Assembly: GCA_937915455.1 (NCBI GenBank)
Contig: CALDNN010000225.1
Span: forward strand, 1,317-65,316
Direction: 5' to 3'
Source: an uncultured Clostridia bacterium
Lineage (GTDB): Bacteria > Bacillota > Clostridia > Christensenellales > CAG-138
DNA length: 64,000 nucleotides
A program made the translations under genes and the position numbers. This document shows positions 1 through 9,500 of the stretch, in pieces. Numbering within the stretch: position 1 is the stretch's first letter; every line of letters begins with the position of its first letter. The notes under the pieces are model-generated. The model was not told the DNA's origin, did no database searches, and worked only from the letters and a program-made list of their open reading frames with translations.

Positions 1-479
1 TTTTCAATGATAAAGGCGATAGCGGAAACCACAACTATATTCAGCCCGAACCGTATGAATGCAAACCGCCACCCAAAAGAGGAAATCTCAAAGAGCAACA
101 GGGGGATACGGATACTTGCGCTTGCACATAGGAAAAGCAGCACGTTTGAAATCCGGCTTCCCTTTTTGATTAGTATACCGGCAACCGGCAATAAGGCATA
201 TAGTGGAACGGCAGTTACTACGCCCAACATCAAAGCGACAAGCATACCTTTGAAGCCGGCCTTTTCACCTATTATCCTTATCATGGTATCGCGCTCAATC
301 CATATATCTATAAGGCCGATACAAACGAAAATTGGTGTGAGCATGAACAGAAAAATGAGAAGGTTTTTTCCTGCAAAACGTAAAGTGTTTATTTCCATCT
401 GCGGCTGAAAATTAAGCACCGCTAAATTGATGACGATAACCGCCGAAAGGAACCAATACTTTTTGAGTAGATTTTTCAT
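1..479 (-). CDS. Predicted permease, downstream member of a split two-gene permease pair; only the 5' part is in the window (runs off the left edge)
   Basis: Not in the ORF track because no stop lies in the window. The ATG at 479-477 overlaps the TGA (478-476) of the upstream gene. Hand translation is stop-free and hydrophobic: MKNLLKKYWFLSAVIVINLAVLNFQPQMEINTLRFAGKNLLIFLFMLTPIFVCIGLIDIWIERDTMIRIIGEKAGFKGML... It resembles DUF318/ArsP-type permeases. ORF 7..408 (+) is its antisense shadow. Confidence 0.55.
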   Translation of the reverse strand, partial: MKNLLKKYWFLSAVIVINLAVLNFQPQMEINTLRFAGKNLLIFLFMLTPIFVCIGLIDIWIERDTMIRIIGEKAGFKGMLVALMLGVVTAVPLYALLPVAGILIKKGSRISNVLLFLCASASIRIPLLLFEISSFGWRFAFIRFGLNIVVVSAIAFIIE

Positions 480-964
480 ATCAACACTGCTCCGATAATA
501 AAGGCCGTGGCAAATGCGAACAGGTATGCAAGTATATTCCGAAGCACGGCCACCTTTTTTCCAAGATACTTTATCTCCATTGGCAAGGTAACAAATCCCA
601 CCATTGTAAGGGTCGAAATAAAAACCGCTATTTGGGTTATCCCCGCTCCGTTATTTAGTAGCTCGGCAGCGACGGGAAACGCGATAAGTGCGGGAACCAA
701 AGTGACCGCGCCAAGCAACGACGTTATAAGCATACCGAGAAGGCCGCTTTCCGCGCCTATGACACGCTGTATCATTTCTGGCGTGACTATCGCAAGCAAA
801 AGCCCGATAAGCAGAAGAATAGCGATAAACTGCGGCAGCACGCCTATGAACATCTTCCAGGCCCTTATAAGCGATAAGATGGTTTTCTTCCTGTCTTTCG
901 CAAAAGATACACCAAGCAGGATAGCCGCTACGCCATGCAGAGAATATGTAAAAACAGCGTCCAA
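476..964 (-). CDS. Predicted permease, upstream member of the split permease pair
   Basis: 162 aa, multi-TM. The region MLITSLLGAVTLVPALIAFPVAAELLNNGAG is typical of DUF318/ArsP-like permeases. Translationally coupled to the next gene. Confidence 0.55.
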   Translation of the reverse strand: MDAVFTYSLHGVAAILLGVSFAKDRKKTILSLIRAWKMFIGVLPQFIAILLLIGLLLAIVTPEMIQRVIGAESGLLGMLITSLLGAVTLVPALIAFPVAAELLNNGAGITQIAVFISTLTMVGFVTLPMEIKYLGKKVAVLRNILAYLFAFATAFIIGAVLI

Positions 965-965
965 G

Positions 966-1520
966 TTATTCCCGCCTTTCCCTGATAACTATTTTTAGCC
1001 TTGGAAACAGGACGATTGCAAACGCACCGCCGATGAGAGCCGTAATAAACTGCGGAATAGAAAACATATTGGAAATGACTGCCGCCTGCTGCTGTGGCAA
1101 ACCTAAAAGTATCGGTACGGCTATTTGCACGATTCCGATATACAGAACCAAAAACTTTATAACTGCCGCGCAGAGCAAGGCCGCGATATATGCGGTATAC
1201 TTGCGCCTCATATTCCGATTGCCGATAAAATGCCACAGCAATACAAGCGCGGCATTCCCCGCCGCAATAAAAGGTATTAAACTCCAAAGTGGCCCGATAC
1301 CCAAAGATTTTGCCACAACTGGGGAAATGGCCGCAACGCTCAGCCCCGAAGCAAGGCCACAGCTCATTACCGAAACGATAAGCAATAAGTTGACAATAGT
1401 CCCGGTTACAATGATATTCCCCAAAGGCGCGGTTGCGGCTTGCAGCACAATTAGCAAGGCTATAAAAATTGCCGTGCGGGTAATCCATAGAATGTTCCGC
1501 TTGTTATTCAAAATCATCAC
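966..1520 (-). CDS. ECF-transporter S-component-like membrane protein
   Basis: 184 aa with about 6 TM segments. Size and hydrophobic pattern are typical of ECF substrate-capture components. No A/T components are adjacent. Confidence 0.5.
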   Translation of the reverse strand: MMILNNKRNILWITRTAIFIALLIVLQAATAPLGNIIVTGTIVNLLLIVSVMSCGLASGLSVAAISPVVAKSLGIGPLWSLIPFIAAGNAALVLLWHFIGNRNMRRKYTAYIAALLCAAVIKFLVLYIGIVQIAVPILLGLPQQQAAVISNMFSIPQFITALIGGAFAIVLFPRLKIVIRERRE

Positions 1521-1606
1521 CCATCCTTGTTTTTATGTGCCCATTATATTATATTTTCCTTATAATTCTTGTTGCGTACGCAACAAAACGGGGACGGAGG
1601 CATGGT

Positions 1607-2281
1607 ATGTTTAATTACGAAGATTTGGCGCAAACAAAACTGTTTTCCGGCATTATACCAGAAGAGATAGCCGGACTACTCGATTGTGTCCATGCAAGGT
1701 GTGCTCAATATGCCAAAGATGAAATGATCATAGAGGAAGGCAACCGGGTACATGAGTTTGGCGTTATGCTTTCGGGGCATGGCCGATCCATGAAGTGGGA
1801 CACTTCGGATAGGCTGATAATTATTACTTTGCTTCAAAAGGGCAGCGAAATAGGAGTGCTATTGGCAGCAAGCCCGGAACATGAAAGCCCGGTATCGGTA
1901 CAGGCGCAAGAGGACGTTTCCTTGCTTCTAATCTTGTATGACCGACTTCTTACCCGATGCGAAAGGGTTTGCCCCAAGCATGAAAGACTGTTGCGTAATT
2001 ATATTGGCATTGTTGCTGAAAAAGGGCTTGTGCTGCATGAACGCATGAACTGCCTGCTAAAGCCCACTCTGCGAGACAAGATTTTGACATATCTATTGCG
2101 GGTATCCCGCGAACAGCAGAGCCGGACGGTTTCTCTTCCTATGAACAGAAACGCTATGGCCGAATATCTCAATATTGAGCGTAGCGCACTTTCACGCGAA
2201 TTATCCTATATGAAGCGGGAGGGGCTAATCGATTACCACAAGAATAAATTTAATATACTCACTCCGGCTAACGGCAAGTAA
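1607..2281 (+). CDS. Crp/Fnr family transcriptional regulator
   Basis: Start trimmed to the ATG at 1607 (MFNYEDLAQTKLFSGI...), preceded by GGAGG. N-terminal cNMP-binding-like fold; C-terminal HTH (NRNAMAEYLNIERSALSRELSYMKREGLI). Confidence 0.8.
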   Translation: MFNYEDLAQTKLFSGIIPEEIAGLLDCVHARCAQYAKDEMIIEEGNRVHEFGVMLSGHGRSMKWDTSDRLIIITLLQKGSEIGVLLAASPEHESPVSVQAQEDVSLLLILYDRLLTRCERVCPKHERLLRNYIGIVAEKGLVLHERMNCLLKPTLRDKILTYLLRVSREQQSRTVSLPMNRNAMAEYLNIERSALSRELSYMKREGLIDYHKNKFNILTPANGK

Positions 2282-2560
2282 GGTAGGTAGAAGTTCGCTT
2301 TGGACGGCTTGGCTTTAAATTCCGCAGGATAATGATTCCTCTTATTCATGCTTTCAGTATATCTTGTTTTTTTGGTTTTGTGTCTCACTCTATGGGAGCA
2401 TCATATTGGTTTGTTTGACGCTTACGCTTAATCCGAATAATGGCCCGGACTGCCGTCGCTCCAACCTTGTGAAAACAGAATAAATAATTATGAATATTTT
2501 AAAATTATATCCTGAATGGATCATTAGGCGATGCCCGTTTGGATAAATATTTAAATGTTC

Positions 2561-2618
2561 TTGACAACTTCCCAACTATTAAATATAATCTAGTAGTAGA
2601 CAAAAAACTCTACTACTA
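2561..2618 (+). promoter_or_regulatory. Sigma-A type promoter plus a PadR-type operator palindrome
   Basis: TTGACA (2561-2566), 17-nt spacer, TATAAT (2584-2589). A perfect 10-bp inverted repeat follows immediately: TAGTAGTAGA (2591-2600), 8-nt spacer, TCTACTACTA (2609-2618). The 8-nt spacing matches the geometry of known PadR operators. Confidence 0.6.
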
Positions 2619-2640
2619 TTTCGCGCAATGGAGGATCTAT

Positions 2641-2967
2641 GTGAACACACAATATAAGAAAGGCGTACTGGAGCTATGTGTGCTTGCGCTATTGGAAAAA
2701 CGCGATTGCTACGGGTACGAAATTTCGGAATACCTGTCCAATCACATTGACATAGCAGATGGTACGGTTTACCCAATTCTAAGAAAACTGAAAAACGACG
2801 GGGTGGTATCCATCTATTTGCAGGAAGAAAGTGGAGGCCCGCCGCGAAAGTACTATTCGCTTACGAAGCTTGGCCGGGAAGCGTACAAAAATGATCGGGC
2901 CGAATATCTAAATTTTGCCCGAGCGGTTAAAACTTTATTGGAGGATGACAACCATGACAAAGAATGA
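2641..2967 (+). CDS. PadR family transcriptional regulator
   Basis: GTG start at 2641 after GGAGGA. The sequence NTQYKKGVLELCVLALLEKRDCYGYEISEYL...DGTVYPILRKLKNDG is a classic PadR winged helix. Confidence 0.85.
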   Translation: MNTQYKKGVLELCVLALLEKRDCYGYEISEYLSNHIDIADGTVYPILRKLKNDGVVSIYLQEESGGPPRKYYSLTKLGREAYKNDRAEYLNFARAVKTLLEDDNHDKE

Positions 2968-3703
2968 TTATCTGGCGAAGCTCATGAATGAGCTTAAAAA
3001 GAATGCCGTCGCAGATGCGTCTGATATTGTGAGTGAGTACGAGCAACACTTTGCATTTAAAATGGCGGATGGGTTCTCTGAGGATGAAATCTCTGCAAAA
3101 CTTGGCGATCCCATCGAGGTGGCTGCTCAATTTGAACGCCGTAACGACGCTGAACCTTTTAGCGGGAAAAAGGCCACGACCATCGTGGGTCTGGTTTTTG
3201 CGGACATCTTCGTGGGGATGTTTTTTATCCTGCTTTTTGTCTGGGAAGCAATCATGGCTGCCTTTTCATTGGTCAGTGCTACCATTGCTGTTAGTCTGAT
3301 TGGCGGTTTCAACATCTATGCGCTGATTCCCCCCATACCCTATGGGTGCGGAGTCATTTTTGCGCTGTCTCTCGCCGCACTGGCGGTGCTTGCGTCTACA
3401 GGCTGCATTTACTTTGCGGCATTTATCCGCCAGCTGATACGTTCTTATGGCCGGTTCCACCACAACGCCATAGCCTCTGCTTCCGGCAACGCGGTTCTTC
3501 CGTCCCTTGCGATTCACCCGCAGCTTCCCGCAAGAACCAACCGCCGCATTCGCACTGTTGCATTGTTTTCCCTTTCCATATTTGCGGCTTGCTTTGTCCT
3601 TGCAATGGTTGTATCCATGGTTTCTTCCGGTGTATTCGAGTTTTGGCATGCATGGGGCTGGTTTGGTTATGATGGGCCGTTATATAAGGGAGGCGCACTA
3701 TGA
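2954..3703 (+). CDS. DUF1700-like membrane protein (PadR-associated)
   Basis: ATG at 2954 overlaps the padR stop. The N-terminus MTKNDYLAKLMNELKKN...DIVSEYEQHF matches DUF1700. The C-terminal half is multi-TM. Confidence 0.7.
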   Translation: MTKNDYLAKLMNELKKNAVADASDIVSEYEQHFAFKMADGFSEDEISAKLGDPIEVAAQFERRNDAEPFSGKKATTIVGLVFADIFVGMFFILLFVWEAIMAAFSLVSATIAVSLIGGFNIYALIPPIPYGCGVIFALSLAALAVLASTGCIYFAAFIRQLIRSYGRFHHNAIASASGNAVLPSLAIHPQLPARTNRRIRTVALFSLSIFAACFVLAMVVSMVSSGVFEFWHAWGWFGYDGPLYKGGAL

Positions 3704-4560
3704 AAACAATTGTGATTACTGGCGCAACTTCCGGCATTGGTCTGGAAACTGCACGCATTTTAGCGCGGCAAGGTTGCTTCATTATGGGAATAGGCCACAG
3801 CGTTGAAAACTGCAAACGAGCGGAAGAAAGCATATTATCCGATAATCCAAACGCGAAAATTGCTTATTTCACTGCCGATCTGATGCAGCAGCGGGAAGTC
3901 CTACAAGCTGCGACAACAATCACGAAGTATTTAGATGAAAACTGTAACGGAGAGCTGTATGCGCTAATCAATAACGCCGGTTGCGTGCGCAGTTGGTATA
4001 TGACAACCGAGGAAGGATACGAACAGCAATTCGCGCTCAACTACCTCGCTGGATTTCTCCTAACCTACGAGTTGCTGCCATCCCTGCTCAGGGCAAACGG
4101 ACGGGTCATGATCACCGGCAGCGAATCCCACAAGGGTATTAAGGTGCATTGGGATGATGTGATGCTCCGGCGCGGATATAATCCGCTGACGGCTTATAAG
4201 CAATCCAAGCTGTGCAATATTCTGTTTGCAAAAGGGCTGAATGACCGTTACGCGCAATCCGGCGTCCATGCTTATGTCGTTGATCCGGGCCTTGTAAACA
4301 CTGATATCGGTAATAAGAAAACCGGCGGGCTTGTCAGCTGCGTTTGGGCGCTTCGCAAACGTTACGGCGTATCCCCGTCGGTACCGGCAGAAACCTATGC
4401 GTTTTTGTGCGGGCAGGAAGGAGCGCCGAAAGGACTCTATTATTATCTTTGCAAAGAGAAGACTTATAGCAAACATGTCACAGGCGAAAATGCAGACCGG
4501 CTGTTTGCGCTCAGCGAACGCTTATGCGGAATTCATTATGACAAGGAGAACGTATCATGA
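3700..4560 (+). CDS. SDR family oxidoreductase
   Basis: TGATSGIG NAD(P)-binding motif, NNAG, and YxxxK (YKQSK). Confidence 0.85.
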   Translation: MKTIVITGATSGIGLETARILARQGCFIMGIGHSVENCKRAEESILSDNPNAKIAYFTADLMQQREVLQAATTITKYLDENCNGELYALINNAGCVRSWYMTTEEGYEQQFALNYLAGFLLTYELLPSLLRANGRVMITGSESHKGIKVHWDDVMLRRGYNPLTAYKQSKLCNILFAKGLNDRYAQSGVHAYVVDPGLVNTDIGNKKTGGLVSCVWALRKRYGVSPSVPAETYAFLCGQEGAPKGLYYYLCKEKTYSKHVTGENADRLFALSERLCGIHYDKENVS

Positions 4561-5360
4561 ACGTGATGATTACCGGGGCCGCCGGAGGCCTGGGCCGTGC
4601 GCTTGCAATCGAGTGTGGCCGCCGCGGATTTAATCTTTTTCTAACAGACGTGAATGAGGCGGGATTACGTTGTCTCCAGTCCGGATTGGAGCGGCAGTTT
4701 TCCGTTACGGTCACAACGAAAGCCTGTGACCTGACCAGCGCTGTAAGCGTTGACAAAATGCTGAAAGTGATCGACAATCACAATATTCGTTTTGATATGC
4801 TGCTTAATATTGCCGGACTGGACTTCGAGGGAGGCTTTATGGGGCGTGAGCGCGAGAAGATTGTAAAAATCGTATCGCTCAACGATGCCGCAACGCTGCG
4901 GATTACACATGCAATCTTGGAACGCCGCAGAACCGGCAAGCATTTTACTATTGTTTTTGTCTCCAGCCTTGCCTCCATGTTTCCAATGCCGCTTAAAGCA
5001 ACGTACGCCGCCTCCAAACGGTTTCTGCTGGATTTCGCCACATCCTTACGGCAGGAGCTAAAAAATCAGGACGCGGATGTACTGGTGCTTTGTCCTGGGG
5101 GGCTGGTCACAACAAAGGAAGCTATGGAAGGTATTGCCGTACAGGGTTTCTGGGGAGATGCGACCACAAATCGGCTGGAAGTTATTGCCCGTAAAACTCT
5201 TGATCGTGCGTTGGCGGGTCAAGGGGTCTATGTACCGGGAAGCCTGAATCGGACGCTTGCTTTTTTGGGAAGGTTAATACCTCGATCTTGGGTGGCAGCA
5301 GTGGTTTATTGGAGATGGAACCATGTCCACAGCAAGAGAATGAAACCATCAGTCGACTAA
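4557..5360 (+). CDS. SDR family oxidoreductase
   Basis: TGAAGGLG motif and YAASK catalytic motif. Start overlaps the previous stop. Confidence 0.85.
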   Translation: MNVMITGAAGGLGRALAIECGRRGFNLFLTDVNEAGLRCLQSGLERQFSVTVTTKACDLTSAVSVDKMLKVIDNHNIRFDMLLNIAGLDFEGGFMGREREKIVKIVSLNDAATLRITHAILERRRTGKHFTIVFVSSLASMFPMPLKATYAASKRFLLDFATSLRQELKNQDADVLVLCPGGLVTTKEAMEGIAVQGFWGDATTNRLEVIARKTLDRALAGQGVYVPGSLNRTLAFLGRLIPRSWVAAVVYWRWNHVHSKRMKPSVD

Positions 5361-5779
5361 CCTTTACCCTGCTAATTCCATACTGCTGCAACAGCTCCCA
5401 AGCAGTACAATATTCATCACCCATTGGCTCTTTGCTTACACTTCTAATTAGCTGCTTAAGATGATCCATAAGTCACCTACGCCTCATACAGGCCTGAATC
5501 ACGGCCTTGGTACTATGTCATCAGTACAATTGCTACATAGATCCGGCTTTGTGCTCCGCAAGGTGTCCAGAAGGTCAGCGGCATCGCGCATCAATGCCGC
5601 CCTGCAATAAAAATAGGGATACTGGGGGTTTTTATTGTAATGACAGGTGATGCAATTATCATAGCCGCCCCCGCCCGGCCATGGGCGGCTATGAGATGTT
5701 TAACCTTTTCTTCGAAGCCCTCCGGGGAAGCCATAGGCGCTCGGATGAGCGTCTAAAGCCTTGTAGATGCTGGCAATTT

Positions 5780-6391
5780 TTATGCTTGGGATGTATCCAG
5801 ATCCCACTGGATCACCTCGTAGCCCATCTCGCGCACGGTAAGGATAACCGTGTCGTTGTATTCACCATAGGGCGGGCGGAAGAGGGTGCATTTTTTGCCT
5901 GTAAGCTTTACCATCATATCCTCAAAATCATTGAGTTCTTTCTGGATCTGCTTTTTGCTCAGCTGGTTCATATGTGGATGGGTGGCCGTGTGGTTACCCA
6001 ATTCGTGCCCGGCTGCGTTGATGGCCTTAACGTTATCCGGGTATTTTTCTGCCCAGAAGCCGCAGAGGAAAAACGTGGCCTTCACGTTATAACGGGCCAG
6101 GGTATCCAGGATGAAGGGCGTTTTGTCATCCTCCCAGGCCGCGTCGATGGACAGGGCGATCTTGCGATCGGCCCTGTCCACGCTGTAGACCGGCACCTCC
6201 TTCTTGCGCCCGGCCAGAACTTCCCGTTCGTATTCCTCCACCACGGCGCTGCTGCTGGCCACGGCGGCATCCGGGGCGAAGCTGAGCAGCAGGATGATCC
6301 CTGTAATAAGGACGGCCAGCACGATGGCCGCAATGATGAGCGTGCGCTTGGTAATAACGAAGATGCGCAAAGCGGACGACCTCCCCCACAT
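5780..6391 (-). CDS. Polysaccharide deacetylase (NodB homology, PdaA-like), apparently truncated at the C-terminus
   Basis: N-terminal TM anchor; NodB motifs (SIDAAWEDD, GHELGNHTATHPH, LFRPPYGEY). The ORF ends at ...VIQWDLDTSQA*, exactly where homologs continue with a D-W-K motif plus about 60 more residues. Confidence 0.75.
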   Translation of the reverse strand: MWGRSSALRIFVITKRTLIIAAIVLAVLITGIILLLSFAPDAAVASSSAVVEEYEREVLAGRKKEVPVYSVDRADRKIALSIDAAWEDDKTPFILDTLARYNVKATFFLCGFWAEKYPDNVKAINAAGHELGNHTATHPHMNQLSKKQIQKELNDFEDMMVKLTGKKCTLFRPPYGEYNDTVILTVREMGYEVIQWDLDTSQA

Positions 6392-6491
6392 GTTGATTGA
6401 TGTTTAGATATATGCGGACGGAGGGCGGACTTTGCAGAAAATATGCACTATGGTAAAATAGAGCTATCATAAAGCGAGGAGAAGGCAAGAA

Positions 6492-8699
6492 ATGGAGCTT
6501 TCGGGCACGGTGAAAACCATTATATTCCGCAGCGAGGATACGGGCTTTACCGTGCTGGAGCTTACGGATCAGAGCGGAGATGAGCTTACCGCCGTGGGCG
6601 AAATGCCCCTGGCCAGCGTGGGTGAGCGCATCGAGCTTAGCGGCGAGTGGACGGAGCACCGCGCCTATGGCCGTCAGTTCCGCGCCGCCTCCTGCAAAAC
6701 GCTGGCCCCGGCTACCTTGGCCGCCCTGAAGAATTATCTGGCCAGCGGCCTCATCAAGGGCGTGGGGGAGAGCACGGCCGAGGCCATCGTGCAAAGCTTC
6801 GGCATGGAAACGCTGGAGGTGCTGGAAAATACACCCGAGCGGCTGGCAGAGGTGCCCGGTATCGGCCGGGTGCGGACGGCCACCATCTCCGCCTCCTTTG
6901 CGGCCCAAAGGGGCCTTAGGGATATCATGCTGGGCCTGCAAAAATACGGCGTGACCGTGGGCCAGGCTATGAAGCTATATAAAATATACGGCGAGCTGTG
7001 CCTCGCCAAAATCGAAGAAAACCCCTACAGGCTGATCGACGACGTGGAGGGCATCGGCTTCAAAACGGCGGACGCCATCGCAAGGAGCGGCGGCGTAGAG
7101 CCGGATTCCACCTACCGCCTGCGTGCCGGGGTCAAATATACCCTGCAATGGGCCCGGCAGGAGGGGCATACCTACCTGCCCAGGGAAAAGCTCGTTTCCG
7201 TAGCCGCGGATATCCTGGGCGCAGACGTAGGCCCCGTGGAGCGGGCCATTGCCGAAATGGCGCTAATGGGCGACCTGGTACTGGAAGAGGTCGAAGGTGA
7301 AGCCGGCGTGTTCCTGCCAGGCCTATATAAGATGGAGATGGACTGCGCCAGCCGCCTGCTCATTTTGAGCCGGCCGCCCCTCGAGAACCCATTTTTCCGC
7401 CCCAAGGCCCAGATCAGCCGCCTGGAAGGGCAGCTGGGCGTCACATTAGCCGAGGCACAGCGCCGGGCCGTGGAGCTGGCGCTCTCCTCGGGCGTGCTGG
7501 TGATCACCGGCGGGCCGGGCACGGGTAAAACCACCATTTTGCGCTTCGTCATCACGTTGCTGGAGGATATGGGCCTTGATTACGAGCTCTGCGCACCCAC
7601 GGGCCGAGCTGCCAAGCGCATGGGCGAGGCCACGGGCCGCGAGGCCCGCACCATCCACCGCCTGCTCGAATATGGCTTTGGCGAGGCCGGCTTTGGCAAA
7701 AATGAGGAGAACACCATCCTTGCGGATGTGATTATCGTAGACGAGATGAGCATGGTGGATGTGCCGTTGATGCATGCCTTGCTTAGGGCCACGGCCCCGG
7801 GCACCCGCATGATCATGGTGGGGGATAGCGACCAGTTACCGCCCGTGGGCGCAGGCAACGTGCTGAGGGATTTGGTAACCTCGGCCCAGGCCAGCGTGGT
7901 GCGGCTGACGGAGATTTTCCGCCAGGCGGGCCGCAGCGCCATCGTTACCAATGCCCACCGCATCAACCAGGGCCAGCCGCCCTTGCTCACAGGCTTTGCC
8001 GATTTCGGCTTCGAGCCGATGGAAAGCGCGGAGGAGGTGGTCAGCCGGGTAATCGGTCTCTGCTCGGGGCGCACGAGCCGCCTGGGCACGGATGATCCCC
8101 TCAAAGACGTGCAAGTACTGGCCCCCATGAAGAAGGGCCCCCTGGGTGTGCATAACCTCAACCGCCGCATGCAGGCCGCGCTGAACCCGCCCGCGCACAA
8201 AAAGAAGGAGCGGGCCTATGGGGATACGGTCTTTCGCGAAGGCGACAAGGTGATGCAAGTGAGGAACGACTACCGCTTGGGCTGGACGCGCAGCCTGCCA
8301 GGTCAGGCCCCGGAGATGGGGGAGGGCGTCTACAATGGCGATCTGGGTACCATCATGGCCGTGGATCTTTACGAGCAGAGCGTGGAGGTGCTCTTTGACG
8401 ATGGCCGCACCGCTCTCTATGAATTCTCCATGCTGGATGAATTGGAGCTTGCGTATTGCATCTCCATCCATAAGAGCCAGGGCAGCGAGTTCCCCATCGT
8501 GCTTTTGCCCATCATGGGCGGGCCGCCCCTGCTGATGACCCGCAACCTGCTCTACACCGCCGTGACCCGTGCCCGCAAAAAGGTTTACATCCTGGGCCGG
8601 GAATCCGCCTTGGGCCAGATGGTGGCCAACAATCAGGTCAAGCGGCGCTACAGCGCCCTCTGCGCCTTTTTACAGCGGCAAAAGGAGCTTTTGCCATGA
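6492..8699 (+). CDS. recD2: ATP-dependent RecD2-like DNA helicase
   Basis: 735 aa. Walker A GGPGTGKT; SF1B motifs; C-terminal CISIHKSQGSEF and TAVTRARK. Confidence 0.9.
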   Translation: MELSGTVKTIIFRSEDTGFTVLELTDQSGDELTAVGEMPLASVGERIELSGEWTEHRAYGRQFRAASCKTLAPATLAALKNYLASGLIKGVGESTAEAIVQSFGMETLEVLENTPERLAEVPGIGRVRTATISASFAAQRGLRDIMLGLQKYGVTVGQAMKLYKIYGELCLAKIEENPYRLIDDVEGIGFKTADAIARSGGVEPDSTYRLRAGVKYTLQWARQEGHTYLPREKLVSVAADILGADVGPVERAIAEMALMGDLVLEEVEGEAGVFLPGLYKMEMDCASRLLILSRPPLENPFFRPKAQISRLEGQLGVTLAEAQRRAVELALSSGVLVITGGPGTGKTTILRFVITLLEDMGLDYELCAPTGRAAKRMGEATGREARTIHRLLEYGFGEAGFGKNEENTILADVIIVDEMSMVDVPLMHALLRATAPGTRMIMVGDSDQLPPVGAGNVLRDLVTSAQASVVRLTEIFRQAGRSAIVTNAHRINQGQPPLLTGFADFGFEPMESAEEVVSRVIGLCSGRTSRLGTDDPLKDVQVLAPMKKGPLGVHNLNRRMQAALNPPAHKKKERAYGDTVFREGDKVMQVRNDYRLGWTRSLPGQAPEMGEGVYNGDLGTIMAVDLYEQSVEVLFDDGRTALYEFSMLDELELAYCISIHKSQGSEFPIVLLPIMGGPPLLMTRNLLYTAVTRARKKVYILGRESALGQMVANNQVKRRYSALCAFLQRQKELLP

Positions 8700-9397
8700 G
8701 ATTGGCGGAGATGTTTTTGAACGCCCTCTATCCGCGCGGCCTAACTTGCGACCTTTGCGGCCGGGATGCGCGTTTTGGCGAAAGCGGCCCTGCGGCCTAC
8801 CTTTGCCCGGCCTGCCTGGCGTTGCTGCGCCCTGCCCCGGCCCTGTCCCCGCCCGATGGCCTCGACGGAGCTGCGGCGGGGCTTTTGTATACCCCCGAGG
8901 CAGCCCGCCTGATGCACCGCTTCAAATACGGGCAGGGCCGCTATCTGGCCGAAACCTTCACCGCCTTCCTGCCTCTGCCCGAGGCGGCGTTTGCCTGCAT
9001 CCTGGCCGTTCCGCTTTACCCGGCCCGGGAGAAGCGGCGGGGGTATAACCAAAGCGCCCTGCTGGCCCGGTGCATATCCACACGAACGGGTATACCCGTG
9101 GATAGCTCCTTACTATTACGTACTCGGGATACAGCCAGCCAGACGACGCTCGACCATGAGGCCCGCGCCCGCAATGTGCGTGGCGCTTTTCGGCCGGGTG
9201 GGGAGGTAAAGGGCCTTTCCTTCCTGCTGGTGGATGACGTGTTCACCACCGGGGCGACCCTGGGGGAGTGCGCAAAAACACTCAAGGCAGCCGGTGCGGA
9301 CAAGGTTTACGCCCTCGCCGCCTGTGCGGCGGAACTCTGCGCGGGCGGGCCCTACGCGGACAGCGAGCGCAGGGCCCGGCCTTCTGATGATTTTTAA
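8696..9397 (+). CDS. comFC: ComF family protein (phosphoribosyltransferase-type, ComFC-like)
   Basis: N-terminal Cys pairs (CDLCG...CPAC) and C-terminal PRTase motif LLVDDVFTTGATL. Confidence 0.85.
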   Translation: MRLAEMFLNALYPRGLTCDLCGRDARFGESGPAAYLCPACLALLRPAPALSPPDGLDGAAAGLLYTPEAARLMHRFKYGQGRYLAETFTAFLPLPEAAFACILAVPLYPAREKRRGYNQSALLARCISTRTGIPVDSSLLLRTRDTASQTTLDHEARARNVRGAFRPGGEVKGLSFLLVDDVFTTGATLGECAKTLKAAGADKVYALAACAAELCAGGPYADSERRARPSDDF

Positions 9398-9500
9398 GGC
9401 CTACGGCGTTTTTTCGGGTTTGCGGCATGGAGTGCCGGGTGGCCGTGCCAGGACGAAAAAAGGAGCGGAATTGCCGCTCCTTCGTGCTGCCTATATGCTG

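Noticed and set aside
7-408. 133-aa + strand ORF at the left edge
   Set aside because: The opposite strand encodes a stop-free, translationally coupled permease with a much more protein-like sequence.
5182-5469. 95-aa minus-strand ORF
   Set aside because: Most of it overlaps the 3' end of the SDR gene in antisense. Only the first ~38 codons lie in intergenic DNA, so I treat it as a possible fragment rather than a gene.
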